A DNA stretch of 64,000 nucleotides, taken from NCBI GenBank assembly GCA_037142615.1, contig JBAXAI010000001.1:192001-256000 (forward strand), written 5' to 3'. The translations under genes were made by a program, and so were the position numbers. Under the pieces are notes generated by a model, which worked only from the letters and a program-made list of their open reading frames with translations, had not been told where the DNA came from and did not search any database. Shown here piece after piece: positions 27,783 through 36,535 of the stretch (its first letter is position 1; each line of letters starts with the position of its first letter). The DNA is from Spirochaetales bacterium. Lineage in GTDB: Bacteria > Spirochaetota > Spirochaetia > JABEVK01.

Positions 27783-30233
27783 ATGAAGATCGACAAGGTC
27801 AAGTTCAAAGAAGGGGTAGTTGGCCGACTGAAACGCCACTTCGGCAAGCGGCTCGAAGAAGCCTCATCCCAAGAAATCTATTCTGTCGTGTCCGATACGG
27901 CTATGGAACTCATCCTCGACAACTGGCTCGAAACCAGGAGAGTCACGGTGGAACAGGGGGGCAAGCAGGCGTTCTATCTGTCTGCGGAGTTCCTGATGGG
28001 ACGAGCTCTCAGCAACAACCTTGTCAATCTCGTCGCGGAAGGCGATGTGCGGGAAGTGCTCGCCGAGTTGGGGGTCGATTACAACGCGGTGGAAGACAGA
28101 GAGTCCGATGCCGGCCTCGGCAATGGTGGTCTCGGAAGACTGGCCGCGTGTTTTCTCGATTCGCTGGCGACACTCGATTTACCCGGACATGGCTATGGGA
28201 TCCGATACCGCTATGGGATGTTTCAACAGAAGATCGAGAACGGCTTTCAGATTGAAAAGCCGGAATTGTGGCTCGACGAACGTGATCCTTGGGGAATCCG
28301 GCGCGCCGACCAGGCCGTGATTGTCAAGTTTGGCGGGCACGTTGTCATCCACAAGGATGCCGAGGGCAAAGAGCACTACATCCGCGTCAATTCCGAGGAC
28401 ATCCGGGCCGTGCCCTACGATACGCCCATTGTGGGCTACGACACAAAAACCGTGAACACCCTGAGGTTGTGGGAGTCCGAGGCAGTCGAAGGTTTCGACC
28501 TGCAGTTGTTCAACGAAATGCAATATCAGCGGTCGGTAGAACGGGCAAACGCTGCCGAAGACATCAGTCGGGTGCTTTACCCCAACGATTCGGGACCTCA
28601 GGGCAAGGCTCTCCGCCTCCGCCAGCAGTATTTCTTTGTCTCTGCCTCGTTGCAGGACATCGTTCTCAACTTCAAAAAGAAGTACGGCGACGATTTCAGC
28701 CTCTTCCCCTCCAAGGTGGCTATCCAGCTCAACGACACCCACCCGGTGGTGGCCATTCCCGAGTTGATGCGTTTGCTTATTGACTGGCAGAAGCTTCCTT
28801 GGGATGTGGCCTGGGACATCGTGACCCGCACTTGCGGCTACACCAACCACACTATTCTTTCGGAAGCCTTGGAGAAGTGGCCTATCGGGCTGTTCCAGGC
28901 TCAACTTCCCCGCATCACCATGGTGGTCGAAGAAATCAATCGCCGCTTCATCGAGGAACTGCGGAAGAAATATCCCAACGACTACGGCAAACACCGCCAC
29001 ATGGCCATCATCGGCGATGGTGTTGTCAAGATGGCTTGGCTGGCTATTCACGGCTCGCACTCTGTCAACGGCGTCGCTGCCCTCCACACGGAAATCCTTA
29101 AGAACCAGGAACTGAAGGACTGGTACGAGCTTTACCCCGAGAAGTTCAACAACAAGACCAACGGAGTCACTCAGCGTCGCTTCCTTTTGAAAGCCAACCC
29201 CCTGTTGTCGTCTTTGCTGAACGACAAGATTGGTTCGTCGTGGGCGAAGGATCTTTCTCAGATCCGCAAGTTCCGAGATTTCGCTGAGGATGACAAGGTT
29301 GTGGCAAAGCTCGCGGAAATCAAGCGTGCCAACAAGGTGCGTCTGTCGGAGTATTTGCAGACCACCCAAGGGATTACGCTCAATCCGGATTCTCTTTTTG
29401 ACGTGCAGGTCAAGCGGCTCCACGAATACAAGCGTCAGGTTCTCAACATTCTCCACGTGATGTACCTGTACAACCAGCTCAAGGAAAATCCCGGCAAAGC
29501 GGTGGTGCCTCGCACCTTCCTGTTTGGGGCCAAGGCGGCTTCAGGCTACCGCCGGGCCAAGAACATCATCAAGCTGATCAATACGGTAGGTTCGGTGATC
29601 AACAGTGACCCCGCCGCCAAGGGAAAACTCGAAGTACATTTCCTCGAAAACTACCGTGTTTCCTTGGCTGAGAAAATCATACCCGCAGCCGACGTTTCTG
29701 AGCAAATTTCGACCGCCGGCAAGGAAGCCTCCGGTACGGGAAACATGAAGTTCATGATGAATGGAGCCCTTACGGTCGGAACTCTGGACGGCGCCAACGT
29801 CGAAATAGCCGAGGAGGCGGGCGAGGAGAACTGCTTCATCTTTGGCCTCAAGGCTGACCAGGTGACTCGCTTGACCATGGCTCAGTCGTATAACCCGTGG
29901 TCGGTTGTCGATGAATACCCCGAAATCAAGAAGGTGATGAACCAGTTGATTGACGGGACCTACAACTTCGAGGCCTTTGATCTGTTCAAGGAACTCTACG
30001 ATTCCCTGATGTCCGGGGTCGAAGGAAATGCGCCCGACCAGTACTACGTCCTCAAGGATTTTCCCGACTACATTGAGGCTCAGAAGAAGATTGCAACGGC
30101 CTACCTGGACCAGAAGAAGTGGCACCGGATGGCGCTGATCAACATCGCGTCGAGCAGCAAGTTCTCGTCGGACCGTACGATCTCGGAATATGCCCGCGAG
30201 ATATGGGATATCAAACCGCTCAAGTGGAAGTAG
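27783..30233 (+). CDS. glgP: glycogen/starch phosphorylase
   Basis: YLSAEFLMGR, GLGNGGLGRLAACFLDS, QLNDTHP, EASGTGNMKFMMNG. Confidence 0.97.
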   Translation: MKIDKVKFKEGVVGRLKRHFGKRLEEASSQEIYSVVSDTAMELILDNWLETRRVTVEQGGKQAFYLSAEFLMGRALSNNLVNLVAEGDVREVLAELGVDYNAVEDRESDAGLGNGGLGRLAACFLDSLATLDLPGHGYGIRYRYGMFQQKIENGFQIEKPELWLDERDPWGIRRADQAVIVKFGGHVVIHKDAEGKEHYIRVNSEDIRAVPYDTPIVGYDTKTVNTLRLWESEAVEGFDLQLFNEMQYQRSVERANAAEDISRVLYPNDSGPQGKALRLRQQYFFVSASLQDIVLNFKKKYGDDFSLFPSKVAIQLNDTHPVVAIPELMRLLIDWQKLPWDVAWDIVTRTCGYTNHTILSEALEKWPIGLFQAQLPRITMVVEEINRRFIEELRKKYPNDYGKHRHMAIIGDGVVKMAWLAIHGSHSVNGVAALHTEILKNQELKDWYELYPEKFNNKTNGVTQRRFLLKANPLLSSLLNDKIGSSWAKDLSQIRKFRDFAEDDKVVAKLAEIKRANKVRLSEYLQTTQGITLNPDSLFDVQVKRLHEYKRQVLNILHVMYLYNQLKENPGKAVVPRTFLFGAKAASGYRRAKNIIKLINTVGSVINSDPAAKGKLEVHFLENYRVSLAEKIIPAADVSEQISTAGKEASGTGNMKFMMNGALTVGTLDGANVEIAEEAGEENCFIFGLKADQVTRLTMAQSYNPWSVVDEYPEIKKVMNQLIDGTYNFEAFDLFKELYDSLMSGVEGNAPDQYYVLKDFPDYIEAQKKIATAYLDQKKWHRMALINIASSSKFSSDRTISEYAREIWDIKPLKWK

Positions 30234-30254
30234 TCCGGCAAACGAGGCTGGAAT

Positions 30255-30293
30255 AAAAAAGCCGTGCACGACCTTCGTCGTCACGGCTTTTTT
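30255..30293. terminator. bidirectional terminator between glgP and the sigma factor gene
   Basis: A6-GCCGTG...CACGGC-T6. Confidence 0.88.
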
Positions 30294-30308
30294 GTTTGAT
30301 CCTAGCGG

Positions 30309-31181
30309 CTAGTTTGCAACCAGGTAGGCTTGCAACTCCCTTTCTTCCGAGGGCGTCTGCAGCTTGCCAAGAGCCTTCTTCTCGATCTGCCTGATACGCT
30401 CTTTGGTAAGGTGGAACTTTTCGCCTATTTCCTTCAGGCTCAAGGGCTTCTGGTCGTTCAGTCCGAAGCGGAGCTCAAGGATTCGCGACTCTTTCCGCGA
30501 TAGGGTTTCAAGCGCCAAGTTGAGGTTTTCCTTCAGAGACGAGACCACGGTACTTGCCTCGGGTGACTGGTGCGAAGCGTCTTCGATGAAATCACTCAGA
30601 ACCGACGTGTCACGGTCGTTGTAAACGGGAGTTTCGAGCGAAATCATTTCACGGCTGATGTCCAACAAATCGCGCACTTGGACCTCGTTCATCCCCAGGC
30701 GGCGTGCCAATTCACGGTCTTCGGGCTCATTGCCATTTTCGGAGAACATTTCCTTTCGCATCTTTTCGATCTGCACCAACTCGTTCGCGCGGTTGAGGGG
30801 CAGTCTGATGGTCCGCGACTTTTCGCAGATCGCCTTGAGAATGGACTGACGAATCCACCAGACTGCGTAGGAGATAAAGTGGTAGCCCTTGTCTACGTCA
30901 AAGCGTTCAATGGCGTTGATAAGCCCAATGTTCCCTTCGCTGATCAGATCATCCAGAGGTAGGCCCTGGTTTTGATACTTTTTGGAAACGTTGACCACAA
31001 AACGCAAGTTGGCGGCAACCAACTTGTCCTTAGCGGCTTGATTGCCGGTAGCGGCCAGACGGGCAAAGTGCTCCTCTTCCTGGCGGGTAAGCAATGGAAC
31101 CCGATTGATTTCCTTGAGGTACATCGAAAGTGAGTTTTCGCCGTCGTAGGAAACCGTGTTCATCGTCTTTCTCTTGGTCAT
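30309..31181 (-). CDS. RpoS-like sigma70-family factor (regions 1.2-4, no region 1.1)
   Basis: SLSMYLKEINRVPLLT, NLRFVV, DLISEGNIGL, YAVWWIRQ, KERIRQIEKKAL; SD GGGAGG; sigma54 promoter upstream. Confidence 0.9.
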   Translation of the reverse strand: MTKRKTMNTVSYDGENSLSMYLKEINRVPLLTRQEEEHFARLAATGNQAAKDKLVAANLRFVVNVSKKYQNQGLPLDDLISEGNIGLINAIERFDVDKGYHFISYAVWWIRQSILKAICEKSRTIRLPLNRANELVQIEKMRKEMFSENGNEPEDRELARRLGMNEVQVRDLLDISREMISLETPVYNDRDTSVLSDFIEDASHQSPEASTVVSSLKENLNLALETLSRKESRILELRFGLNDQKPLSLKEIGEKFHLTKERIRQIEKKALGKLQTPSEERELQAYLVAN

Positions 31182-31211
31182 TCTTGCCCTCCCAAAGTAC
31201 CCTAATGGAGA

Positions 31212-31228
31212 AGCAAATGCCATGCCAA
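31212..31228 (-). promoter_or_regulatory. sigma54 (-24/-12) promoter
   Basis: Minus strand TTGGCATGGCATTTGCT matches TGGCAYR-N4-TTGCW; about 30 nt before the ATG. Confidence 0.85.
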
Positions 31229-31445
31229 CTTCCATCTTGTGTCGAAGGTTACCTGTTAAACAATTGCTGTATAAGCATTTAGAATATGCCTCACACCTAA
31301 CTTAGTTGGTCATGATACAATTGTATGCAATGTAATATGAGTCGAAATGACGCAATACGCCAAATGAGCCAACTTTTCGTGTCAAAATACCCCTCGACTC
31401 TGTTTGGAGGCAAAAAGCGGGTTGGAACGACTCACCCCGTTTTTC

Positions 31446-31474
31446 TTGACCCCTCGCAGGTGAATTGGTATATT
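31446..31474 (+). promoter_or_regulatory. sigma70 promoter of groES
   Basis: TTGACC-N17-TATATT with extended -10 TG. Confidence 0.7.
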
Positions 31475-31507
31475 GCTACTTATCCATCATAACAAGGAGG
31501 GTATTCC

Positions 31508-31774
31508 ATGGAACTCAAGCCTCTCGGCGATCGCGTTCTCATCAAAGTCGAAGAAGCCGAAAAGAAGACGGCTTCCGGACTGTTTATTCCTGACAATGCC
31601 CAGGAAAAGACTCAGAAAGGAACGGTCGTTGCCGTTGGTACGGATAAGGACGTCATTACCGTCAAGGTCGGTCAAAAGGTCATGTACGACCAATATGCGG
31701 GTACCAAAGTGAAAGTGGGCCAGGACGAGCATCTGATCGTCAAGATGGCCGACATCCTCGCCGTCATTGAATAG
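31508..31774 (+). CDS. groES: co-chaperonin GroES
   Basis: [35 protein letters not shown]; SD AAGGAGG. Confidence 0.97.
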   Translation: MELKPLGDRVLIKVEEAEKKTASGLFIPDNAQEKTQKGTVVAVGTDKDVITVKVGQKVMYDQYAGTKVKVGQDEHLIVKMADILAVIE

Positions 31775-31817
31775 GATACCTTACTGACAAAGCCTGCGTC
31801 AGCCAGTGCAGACGCGC

Positions 31818-31848
31818 ACACCTCCCCACCGGGAGGTGTTTTTTTTTT
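31818..31848 (+). terminator. terminator after groES
   Basis: ACACCTCCC-cacc-GGGAGGTGT followed by a T-run. Confidence 0.9.
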
Positions 31849-31870
31849 CGGGAAACCGTAGAATACGAGC

Positions 31871-32566
31871 ATGATTTCACCTTCCAGACCGGTCGAGCGC
31901 TTGCAAGCGGTGCAGAACCGAGTAGAAAGAGCAGCCGAGGCAAGCGGTCGGAAGGCCCACGAAATCGAGCTTCTTGCGGTAACCAAGATGCGGAAGGTGC
32001 ACGAAGTCCAGGCCCTGTACGATCTGGGGTTACGGCGCTTCGGCGAGAACCGAGTGGCCGAAGCGCTCGGAAAGATTGCCCTTTTCCCTGAAGAAGTGGA
32101 ATGGCACATGATAGGGCACCTACAATCAAACAAGACCGACCTGTGTACAAGGTTCCACACGCTTCAGTCGCTGGACCGGGCCAAGACCGCGCGCGCTCTT
32201 GAGTCGTCTCTGATTGGCGGCAACAAAACGATGCGTGTCCTGATCGAAGTGAATACCGGCGGGGAAGGACAGAAAGATGGTACTTCCACCGAAGCCCAGC
32301 TGAATGAGGTGATCGAGGCTGTCCTTTCATGCCCGCACCTGAGCTGGCAGGGGTTGATGACAATGGCGCCCTTCACTCGGGATGAAGTGGTTGTCCGCCG
32401 GTGTTTTTCGCGGCTCTACCACTTGAGGGAGTCTTTGTCGGCACGCTTCTCCGGACAGGCGCTGCCGGTACTGTCTATGGGGATGTCGAATGACTTTGAA
32501 TGGGCCATTGCTGAGGGAAGTACCATGCTCCGTATCGGTACGCTACTGTTCGAGAGTACCCCATGA
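31871..32566 (+). CDS. yggS: PLP homeostasis protein YggS
   Basis: LLAVTK, FGENRV, WHMIGHLQSNK, GLMTMAP, LSMGMSND, GSTMLRIGT. Confidence 0.96.
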   Translation: MISPSRPVERLQAVQNRVERAAEASGRKAHEIELLAVTKMRKVHEVQALYDLGLRRFGENRVAEALGKIALFPEEVEWHMIGHLQSNKTDLCTRFHTLQSLDRAKTARALESSLIGGNKTMRVLIEVNTGGEGQKDGTSTEAQLNEVIEAVLSCPHLSWQGLMTMAPFTRDEVVVRRCFSRLYHLRESLSARFSGQALPVLSMGMSNDFEWAIAEGSTMLRIGTLLFESTP

Positions 32567-32958
32567 AACGCTTGTGTGCGGCGTCCGTTCTTTTGTTTCT
32601 CTTGACTGCAGCTTTTGGCGCGGAAGCCGACAAACCCAAGGACTACGCGCCCGAGGAGTTTCCGGTCTGGGCCCAGGACTTGCGCCGGGCGGAGATCTTG
32701 ACAGTGGGGGCGTTTCCGTTTGTCTTTCTCTTTGCCGGCCTTGGTTTTGACGTTGTCTACTGGAGCTCGCACAGTTTCGACCAAAGCAGGATTCCCTGGC
32801 CGGTAGGTCCTGGCACTTCGGGCTGGACCGAGGCCGCCAACTCCAAGGACCTCGCCGCCAAGAACCTCTTCTTGGTCGTCTCGAGTCTGGGGGTTTCCGT
32901 TGCTATCGCGGCCGCTGATTGGCTTGTGCTTCATTGGCCGTTGGCAGGGGCCCCGTGA
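32563..32958 (+). CDS. spirochete membrane hypothetical protein
   Basis: Signal peptide; EFPVWAQDLRRAEILTVGAFPF; two TM segments; coupled overlaps. Confidence 0.75.
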   Translation: MKRLCAASVLLFLLTAAFGAEADKPKDYAPEEFPVWAQDLRRAEILTVGAFPFVFLFAGLGFDVVYWSSHSFDQSRIPWPVGPGTSGWTEAANSKDLAAKNLFLVVSSLGVSVAIAAADWLVLHWPLAGAP

Positions 32959-33902
32959 CGCGTCAGACTCGGAGGGTCGAAGTCCCGGAGCTCGATACAC
33001 CCCAAAGGCTCGACAAGTTCTTGTGTGAGGCTCTGGGGTTGTTTCCGAGGACCCAATACGAGCGACGTATCGTCGAGGCGTTCGCGGGAAGAAGAATTCT
33101 CAAACCCGGTGTCAAGCTCAGCGGGGGCGAGGTTCTGCAGGTTTCTTGGAACGACCTCCCCGAAGTTTCCTTTGGTGCAGAGGATATTCCTCTCGATATA
33201 CTTTATGAAGACGAAACGGTTTTGGTGGTCAATAAACCCCGTGGCATGGTTGTCCATCCGGCGCAGGGAAACTGGACGGGCACCCTGGTTCAAGCGTTGC
33301 TATTTCATGTAAAGGACCTCGAGGACCAGTTCGACGAGCACGAAGCCCGTCCAGGTATTGTACACCGCCTCGATAAGGACACGACCGGGGTGCTGGTCAC
33401 GGCGAAGACCCCGGGTGCGCTCGAGTCACTGTCGGCTCAGTTCCGCGACAGGACCACCAAAAAGGTCTACTACGCCATACTCAAGGGCGAACTCAGGCAG
33501 GCCGAGGGAATCCTTGATACCAACGTGGGCCGTGATCTCCATCACAGACAACGATTCACGGTGACGGGGCCCGAACAAGGGAAGCAGGCCGTGACCCGCT
33601 GGCGGGTGCTAGCGAAGGTTCGGGGCTACACTCTGGTGGAGTTTTGCCCGCAGACCGGACGAACGCACCAACTGCGGGTTCATGCCCTTCATCTGCAATG
33701 CCCGATCCTCGGGGACCCGGTCTATACGCGCACCGACTCGCGAATGCCCCAAGCGCCCCTGATGTTGCATGCCGCCAGCCTCGAGCTTCGCCTTCCCGGG
33801 AGTTCCGTGCCGCAAATCTTCAGGGCAGAGATTCCCGAGGATTTTCGAACAGTCCTGACAAGTCTGTCACTTCCACTCCCGCCGATTGCCGCACCTGATT
33901 GA
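32955..33902 (+). CDS. rluD: RluA/RluD family pseudouridine synthase
   Basis: S4-like RLDKFL; VVNKPRGMVVHP, GIVHRLDKDTTG, TGRTHQLRVH, PILGDPVY. Confidence 0.93.
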   Translation: MTRQTRRVEVPELDTPQRLDKFLCEALGLFPRTQYERRIVEAFAGRRILKPGVKLSGGEVLQVSWNDLPEVSFGAEDIPLDILYEDETVLVVNKPRGMVVHPAQGNWTGTLVQALLFHVKDLEDQFDEHEARPGIVHRLDKDTTGVLVTAKTPGALESLSAQFRDRTTKKVYYAILKGELRQAEGILDTNVGRDLHHRQRFTVTGPEQGKQAVTRWRVLAKVRGYTLVEFCPQTGRTHQLRVHALHLQCPILGDPVYTRTDSRMPQAPLMLHAASLELRLPGSSVPQIFRAEIPEDFRTVLTSLSLPLPPIAAPD

Positions 33903-34443
33903 AGAGTTTCTCACCTCGCATCAGCGAAGGAGGTCCCTCGCCGGGGAAGATCAGCGTATCGTCCTGCCAGGTGAAGAATCTGCGCTCCAAAGCGATCGCC
34001 AGGTTGGCACGGGCGTAGGCGCTCGTGGTCTTGGGGGGTTTTCCCGCTGAAAGCAGATCTCCACAGAAGACCCAGTTACCGATCTTGTAGACCACCGAAT
34101 CGTGGCTGAGCTCTGGAAAGCAGAGTGCATCGACAAGAAACGTTCCCAAGGGAAGATGGCTCCCCGGCTTGACCGGCTGACACTCAAAGTCCAACACGCG
34201 GTCGTTTCGGCTGTAGATCTCCGCGTCGTAGACCTTTTTCAAGGTGCGAAGCCCGCGCAGATGCTCGGGTTGGCACCGCGTAATAAGCACCCAGCGGATG
34301 GAAAAGCCGTTGTCTTCAATGGCCTCGAGCAACCGGACATCGAGCACCCCAGGGTCAATCAGAATAGCGTCGCCGCCGCCGTCCGGACCCACGACATAGG
34401 TGTTGGAGAAGTTCTCGACGGAATAATGGAAAACTAACTTCAT
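33820..34443 (-). CDS. metallo-beta-lactamase fold protein with degenerate metal motif
   Basis: NTYVV, ILIDPG, VFCGDLL, LIFPGEGP; the HxHxDH position reads RCQPEH. Confidence 0.8.
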   Translation of the reverse strand: MKLVFHYSVENFSNTYVVGPDGGGDAILIDPGVLDVRLLEAIEDNGFSIRWVLITRCQPEHLRGLRTLKKVYDAEIYSRNDRVLDFECQPVKPGSHLPLGTFLVDALCFPELSHDSVVYKIGNWVFCGDLLSAGKPPKTTSAYARANLAIALERRFFTWQDDTLIFPGEGPPSLMRGEKLFNQVRQSAGVEVTDLSGLFENPRESLP

Positions 34444-35039
34444 GGGATTCTCACCGCCCCATCGAACTCAGCTTCCTCGTCATTGCTGTATTTGAACTCG
34501 ACTCGCTCGAGCCTGGAGGCTGAAAAATGGGTCTTTTTGAGGTTGCAGTCTACATACTTGACTGACTCCTGCTGGGAACCGATGAAGCGGGAGAAGTACA
34601 AGTCGGACTCTGAGAACACAACCTCGCGGGCCTCGAGCGCGTTGAAGTTCACGTGCAAAAGGTCGCTGCCTGCAAAGTTTACCTCCTGCAGCCTCCCGCC
34701 GGAGAAACTGCAGAAGAGCAGGGTAACTCCCTTGGCGCTGCAGTCCTTCCACTGGCTGAAATCAAAGAAGCAGTGATGGAACCGGGCTCCATCGAGCTTC
34801 ATTCCTGTCCAATCTGAACCCATGAAGCTGCAGCCGTCGAAGACTTTCCCCGACCAGTCTCGCCCGGAAAAAGGGAACCGGCCCAGCGAAAGGCTGGAAA
34901 AAGCACCCTCTGCGGAAAGTTCGTCGGCCCACTGACGGGCGAACTCGGTAGGCGCCTCCAAGTGAGAAAAACAGGTGTCGGCCCGTTCCACGGCGTGGCG
35001 TCGGCAGTCGGGATGACGACAGGGGCGGTTGGAAAACAT
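34440..35039 (-). CDS. pentapeptide repeat protein with N-terminal Cys/His motif
   Basis: 5-residue F/L periodicity (VFDGC SFMGS DWTGM KLDGA RFHHC...); N-terminal C-x4-C...C-x2-H. Confidence 0.88.
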   Translation of the reverse strand: MFSNRPCRHPDCRRHAVERADTCFSHLEAPTEFARQWADELSAEGAFSSLSLGRFPFSGRDWSGKVFDGCSFMGSDWTGMKLDGARFHHCFFDFSQWKDCSAKGVTLLFCSFSGGRLQEVNFAGSDLLHVNFNALEAREVVFSESDLYFSRFIGSQQESVKYVDCNLKKTHFSASRLERVEFKYSNDEEAEFDGAVRIP

Positions 35040-35061
35040 AGCTGCAGTCTACCCGATGAGT

Positions 35062-35090
35062 TTGACAAAAAGAAGGCCCTTTGACATACT
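35062..35090 (+). promoter_or_regulatory. sigma70 promoter of purB, probably leaderless transcript
   Basis: TTGACA-N17-CATACT, ending 5 nt before ATG 35096; no SD. Confidence 0.7.
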
Positions 35091-35095
35091 GCCGC

Positions 35096-36535
35096 ATGGA
35101 ACAAAGAAGCCTTTTTCAGAACCTTTCGCCGTTGGACCATCGGTATTATTTGTCCAATCGTGACCTGTTCGACCGGCTGGGCTCCTACCTGAGCGAGGAC
35201 GCCGCCGTGAAGTACGCGGTTCGCTGCGAGGCGGCACTTCTGAAGGCTCACCTCGAGTTGAGGTTCCCCGAACAGCAGCGGCCGGAGCTTCAGGCGTCCA
35301 TCGATGCCCTTGAGTTCCTCGTGACTTCCCAAGCAGTTTACGAGGAAGAAGAAAAGACCCAGCACAACATCCGTGCGCTCGTGAACGTGATCAAGCGGCA
35401 TCTGCCTCCGGCCTTGGTCCCGTTTGTCCACTTGGGCGCCACGTCGGTCGACATGCTCGACACCGCCAACGCCCTGAAAATCCGCGATGCGGTCCGTCTG
35501 GTGCTTGTTCCTTTGCTGGCAGAGCTCGAAACGGCGTTGGCGAAACTCGCGCGGCAGGAGTCGCTGACCCCGCAGATCGGACGAACTCACGGCCAACATG
35601 CGGTACCCATCACCGTGGGCTTCGCCCTGGCCGAGTACGTTTCCCGGCTCGGAAAATCCATCCTGGAGATCCAAAGGCTCAGTGGCGAACTCAGAGGCAA
35701 GTTTGCCGGGGCGGTCGGGGCATACAACGCTACCAGCGTCATGACCACCGACCCTCAGGCCCTGGAACGTCTGGTTCTTGGTTACCTGGGGCTTGAGCCA
35801 TCGGAGCATTCCACCCAACTCGTGGAACCGGAATACCTCCTGCGGCTGCTCTTGGAAATCAACGTCGCTTTCGGGGTGATCGCCAACCTGGCCGACGATC
35901 TGCGCAACCTTCAGCGCTCCGAGATCGGTGAGTTCCGAGAACTGTTCACGGCAACGCAGGTTGGCTCGTCAACCATGCCTCAGAAGCGTAATCCTTGGAA
36001 CTCTGAGCACGTGAAGAGTCTGTGGAAGGCGTTTGCCCCGCGTGCAATGACGTTCTTCCTCGATCAGATCAGCGAGCACCAGCGCGATCTCACCAATTCG
36101 GCGTCGGGACGCTTTGTCACCGACTACTTAGCCGGCTTCGTGGCGGCCGTGGCCCGGATGAAGAAGGTCGTGACAACGCTTTCGGTAGATAAAGCAAGTC
36201 TGGAAAGAAACTTACGCGTCGGCGCCGGTGACCTCGTGCTCGCTGAGAGTGTCTACATTCTGTTGTCACTGGCGGGTGAACCCGAAGGCCACGAAGTCGT
36301 TCGTGTGCTGACTCTGGAATGTGAAGCCCAAAAGAAGACTCTTCTGGACGCGCTCAAGGCTCGTCCAGCCGTCTGGGCGACAATCCAAACCCAGTTGAAG
36401 GCGACCACCGGCTGGGATGCCGAGCATTTCTTTTCTCACCCGGACCTCTATCATGGTCAGGCACCGCAAAAGGCAGTGGCGCTGGCCGACAAATACGAAT
36501 CCCTGATGAAACCCTTTCTGGAGGTGCGCGCATGA
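35096..36535 (+). CDS. purB: adenylosuccinate lyase
   Basis: LSPLDHRY, HLGATSVD, GRTHGQHA, GSSTMPQKRNP. Confidence 0.95.
   Translation: MEQRSLFQNLSPLDHRYYLSNRDLFDRLGSYLSEDAAVKYAVRCEAALLKAHLELRFPEQQRPELQASIDALEFLVTSQAVYEEEEKTQHNIRALVNVIKRHLPPALVPFVHLGATSVDMLDTANALKIRDAVRLVLVPLLAELETALAKLARQESLTPQIGRTHGQHAVPITVGFALAEYVSRLGKSILEIQRLSGELRGKFAGAVGAYNATSVMTTDPQALERLVLGYLGLEPSEHSTQLVEPEYLLRLLLEINVAFGVIANLADDLRNLQRSEIGEFRELFTATQVGSSTMPQKRNPWNSEHVKSLWKAFAPRAMTFFLDQISEHQRDLTNSASGRFVTDYLAGFVAAVARMKKVVTTLSVDKASLERNLRVGAGDLVLAESVYILLSLAGEPEGHEVVRVLTLECEAQKKTLLDALKARPAVWATIQTQLKATTGWDAEHFFSHPDLYHGQAPQKAVALADKYESLMKPFLEVRA

Noticed and set aside
31412-31445. A-tract/hairpin/T-tract upstream of the groES promoter
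   Set aside because: Imperfect stem, not a CIRCE, and no gene ends there.
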